Of a DNA stretch of 64,000 nucleotides, positions 61,056 through 64,000 are shown piece by piece; the stretch's first letter is position 1, and each line of letters opens with the position of its first letter. The position numbers and the translations under genes are program-made. The notes under the pieces are model-generated. The model had not been told where the DNA came from, ran no database searches, and saw only the letters and a list, made by a program, of their open reading frames with translations. The DNA comes from the human T2T-CHM13v2.0 reference genome, Homo sapiens, in assembly GCF_009914755.1 (NCBI RefSeq), contig NC_060930.1. One strand, given 5' to 3'.

Positions 61056-62379
61056 AAGGAATGTTTGAATTCTAAGGGTTGAGATAGTTTCCTGCTATAT
61101 GAATCACTGTTTGCCACTTTCTTCCTTTAGACTGCACTTCCTTAATTATTTGCTGGTACTAATAAACCACCATTCTTTTCTAAGCTCCTGGATTACTAGT
61201 GCTGCAAATAGAGCTAAAAAAACACTAACACTTTATTTAAAACACTCAAATAACACTTCAGATCCAGCCATGCTTAGGTACACTGTAGTAAGAATACAAA
61301 AAAGGTGCCTCTGAAGGGAAAGAGGCATTATGTCTAAAGCATCAGGTTGTCGCCATTCTGAGTTTAAAACCCATTTGGCAATCATTTCCCTTGGCAGCCC
61401 CACAGGCGATAAGAGAGGATTTGGCTGTGAGGCCCTGCAAGGAAAATAAAAAGACAAGAGGAGACAGTGAGTTGAGGAGTTCATGTGTTTTTTCATGTGT
61501 TTGCAAGCTTCCGCCCACAGAGCTGGAGTGCAGTAATTTCCGGTTGCATCTTCCATTCACTAATACATTTGCGAATGCAGGAGCAATGTTTGTTTAAACC
61601 ACCCTTCATCGTTATCTGTCTTAAGCAATGATGCTACATCAGTGCTATTTAAAAAATATATATCTATATCCTAGCCTCAATGCTGTTCTTACGGCAGCAA
61701 TCTGAACAGTATCTGCCTCTGCACCCTGTGGGGTCAAAGTCACGCTGGCAGCCAGCACCTCTGACCATCAGAGAATGCCCCAGCTACCATCATTGGCATC
61801 ACACAATTTAGAATTTAGCACTAAATTTTAATACCGTTCTTTCGGTCGGGTTTGTCCTCCCAACTATGTTGGAAGTCCTTCGTGTGCTGAGGCCAAGCCT
61901 CCCTCTTCCCTTGCTTATTCCCGACTGTACTTGGCACAGACCTTGCTCCAAAGGAACCCACAACCAATGACCTCTTCTCTGTTGGTGTTTCCTGAGCTCT
62001 CTGCAATACACCTTTTAAACATCTTTTTTTCATTAAACTCTTTTCCGAGGACTTCTTTGAGTTTATGCTTTTAAGATTCTCCTCTACCTTCTTCAATATG
62101 ACTGCTAATCATGTCTTTCTGTTCTCTTTTTTCCCCCTTGGGGTATCTCATCTACTCTGAGGGCTCCAGTTATTACTTCTATGCTAATGATGACCAATCT
62201 GCACACTCATTCTATCTCTTAGGAAATTCAAAGTTGATATAACTAAAATGTAAACTTAGCTTTTTCACATAAATCAGTGTTCCTGTCTTTTGGAATTGAT
62301 CTTATTCTACCTTGCATTTACTTAGTTATTTTAGCATGTTTCTCTTGACTTTAACTCTAAACTTATCTCTGTCTTTAAT

Positions 62380-63430
62380 TATATATAGATAACTAAACTT
62401 ATATATGTTAAAAATTATATGTATATATTTTAATATATTATAAATATATTAATATATTAAAATACAGTATATATATTAAAAATATATATACTATATAGTA
62501 TATGTATTAAATATATATACTATATTATATATATCATATATATATAATATAGTATATTTAAAATATACATTAAAAATATATACTATATAGTATATATTAA
62601 AAATATATATACTATATATACTATATATACTATATATACTATATATACTATATATACTATATATACTATATATACTATATACTATATATACTATATATAC
62701 TATATACTATATATACTATATATACTATATACTATATATACTATATACTATATATACTATATACTCTATATACTATATATACTATATACTCTATATACTA
62801 TATATACTATATACTATATATACTATATATACTATATACTATATATACTATATACTATATATACTATGTACTCTATATACTATATATACTATATACTATA
62901 CACTATATATAGTATATAGTATACATAGTATATATATTTTTAATATATATAGTATATAGTATATATACTATATAGTATATATACTATATACTATATATAT
63001 TAAAAATATATATACTATATAGTATATATATTAAAAATATATATTATATATATAAAATTTATATACTATATAGTATATATATTAAAAATATATATTATAT
63101 ATTAAAATATATATACTCTATATTATATATAAAATATATGAATATTAATATTATATATTAAAATATATATACTCTATATTATATATAAAATATATGAAAA
63201 TATATAATATATTAACTTATATATAACATATATCTTATATATCACATAATATATAACCTTTATATATATTAACTTTTATCATATATGTTTAATATATATT
63301 AACATATATGTTAAATTTATATTTTTATATAATATATTAATATATTCTATATTAAATAACATATAAGTTAAACTTATATATATGTTTATATATATTAAAT
63401 GTGTATATATAAACATATATATATGTATGT
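62380..63430. repeat. About 1-kb AT-rich repeat with a (TATATATAC/TATATAC)n array and an internal palindrome
   Basis: Directly visible; array core about 62605-62905. Confidence 0.97.
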
Positions 63431-63884
63431 TTAATTATCCCTGTAACCCTTTTATCACTTGGCCCATGTAGATGCCTAATGAATGTTTGATGATTTATCT
63501 TGATTCACTGTTCCCGACTTTAAATAAGGTTAGCTCTGAAGCAGTGCTTTGAGCTGAAGATCCTTCCAATCCCATAGGAAAAAAAAAAAACCAGGTACAG
63601 TGTGTATTTTCCAAAGAAGATTACAGGGCTTCAGACAAAAGAGATTTAAAATAAAAATTTTAAGTACATAAACACGCAGCATTTTAAAGTTGTTTTTATA
63701 AGGGAAGTCATCACACCATTATAATACCACATCAGCTTACTTGGGGCATCTAAATTAGCTCAAGGCTGGATTTTGAAGCATCTAGTGCTGAAATTAGAAA
63801 AATATTCGAGAATACAAATCCTCATTATTTCCAAGAGATTGAGGTGGTGATTGGTAAAACACAAGGATAGAAAAAGAGGCTGTC

Positions 63885-64000
63885 GGCTGGGCAGGGTGGC
63901 TCACGCCTGTAATCCCAGCACTTTGGGAGGCCGAGGCGGGCGGATCACCTGAGGTCGGGAGTTTGAGACCAGACTGACCAACATGGCGAAACCCTCTCTA
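63885..64000 (+). mobile_element. AluSp/Sq-like, cut by the window end
   Basis: GGATCACCTGAGGTCGGGAG...CTGACCAACATGG. Confidence 0.95.

Noticed and set aside
62605-62905. Regular repeat array superficially like a CRISPR array
   Set aside because: No unique spacers; a simple TA-derived minisatellite in eukaryotic DNA

Overview
Simian primate (human-like) genomic DNA, intronic or intergenic, with no recognisable multi-exon protein-coding gene, RNA gene or CpG-island promoter. About half the window is interspersed repeat: roughly 37 Alu copies or fragments (J, S and Y lineages, many with readable TSDs), L1PA, L1ME/HAL1 and L2 fragments, MIRs, solo LTRs (MER41A, MER41B, MER52, MER21, THE1, MSTB x2, MLT1, MLT2, LTR16/33) and DNA transposon relics (MER85, MER20, MER33). 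Repeat names are from recalled consensus sequences, not a database search. Most ORF-track entries are Alu, L1 or LTR translations or chance ORFs. The best non-repeat signal is a 57-nt frame-preserving candidate exon on the minus strand (27328-27384) inside a CpG-retaining unique block. Other points of note: a MER41B LTR with one intact GAS site beside a GAS-less MER41A; an Alu fragment apparently copied from a neighbouring Alu into an LTR; a CpG-protected AluY; a possible very old L1 ORF1p relic; and a perfect 94-bp AT-rich palindrome. I found no evidence of a new multi-gene system and could not identify the locus.
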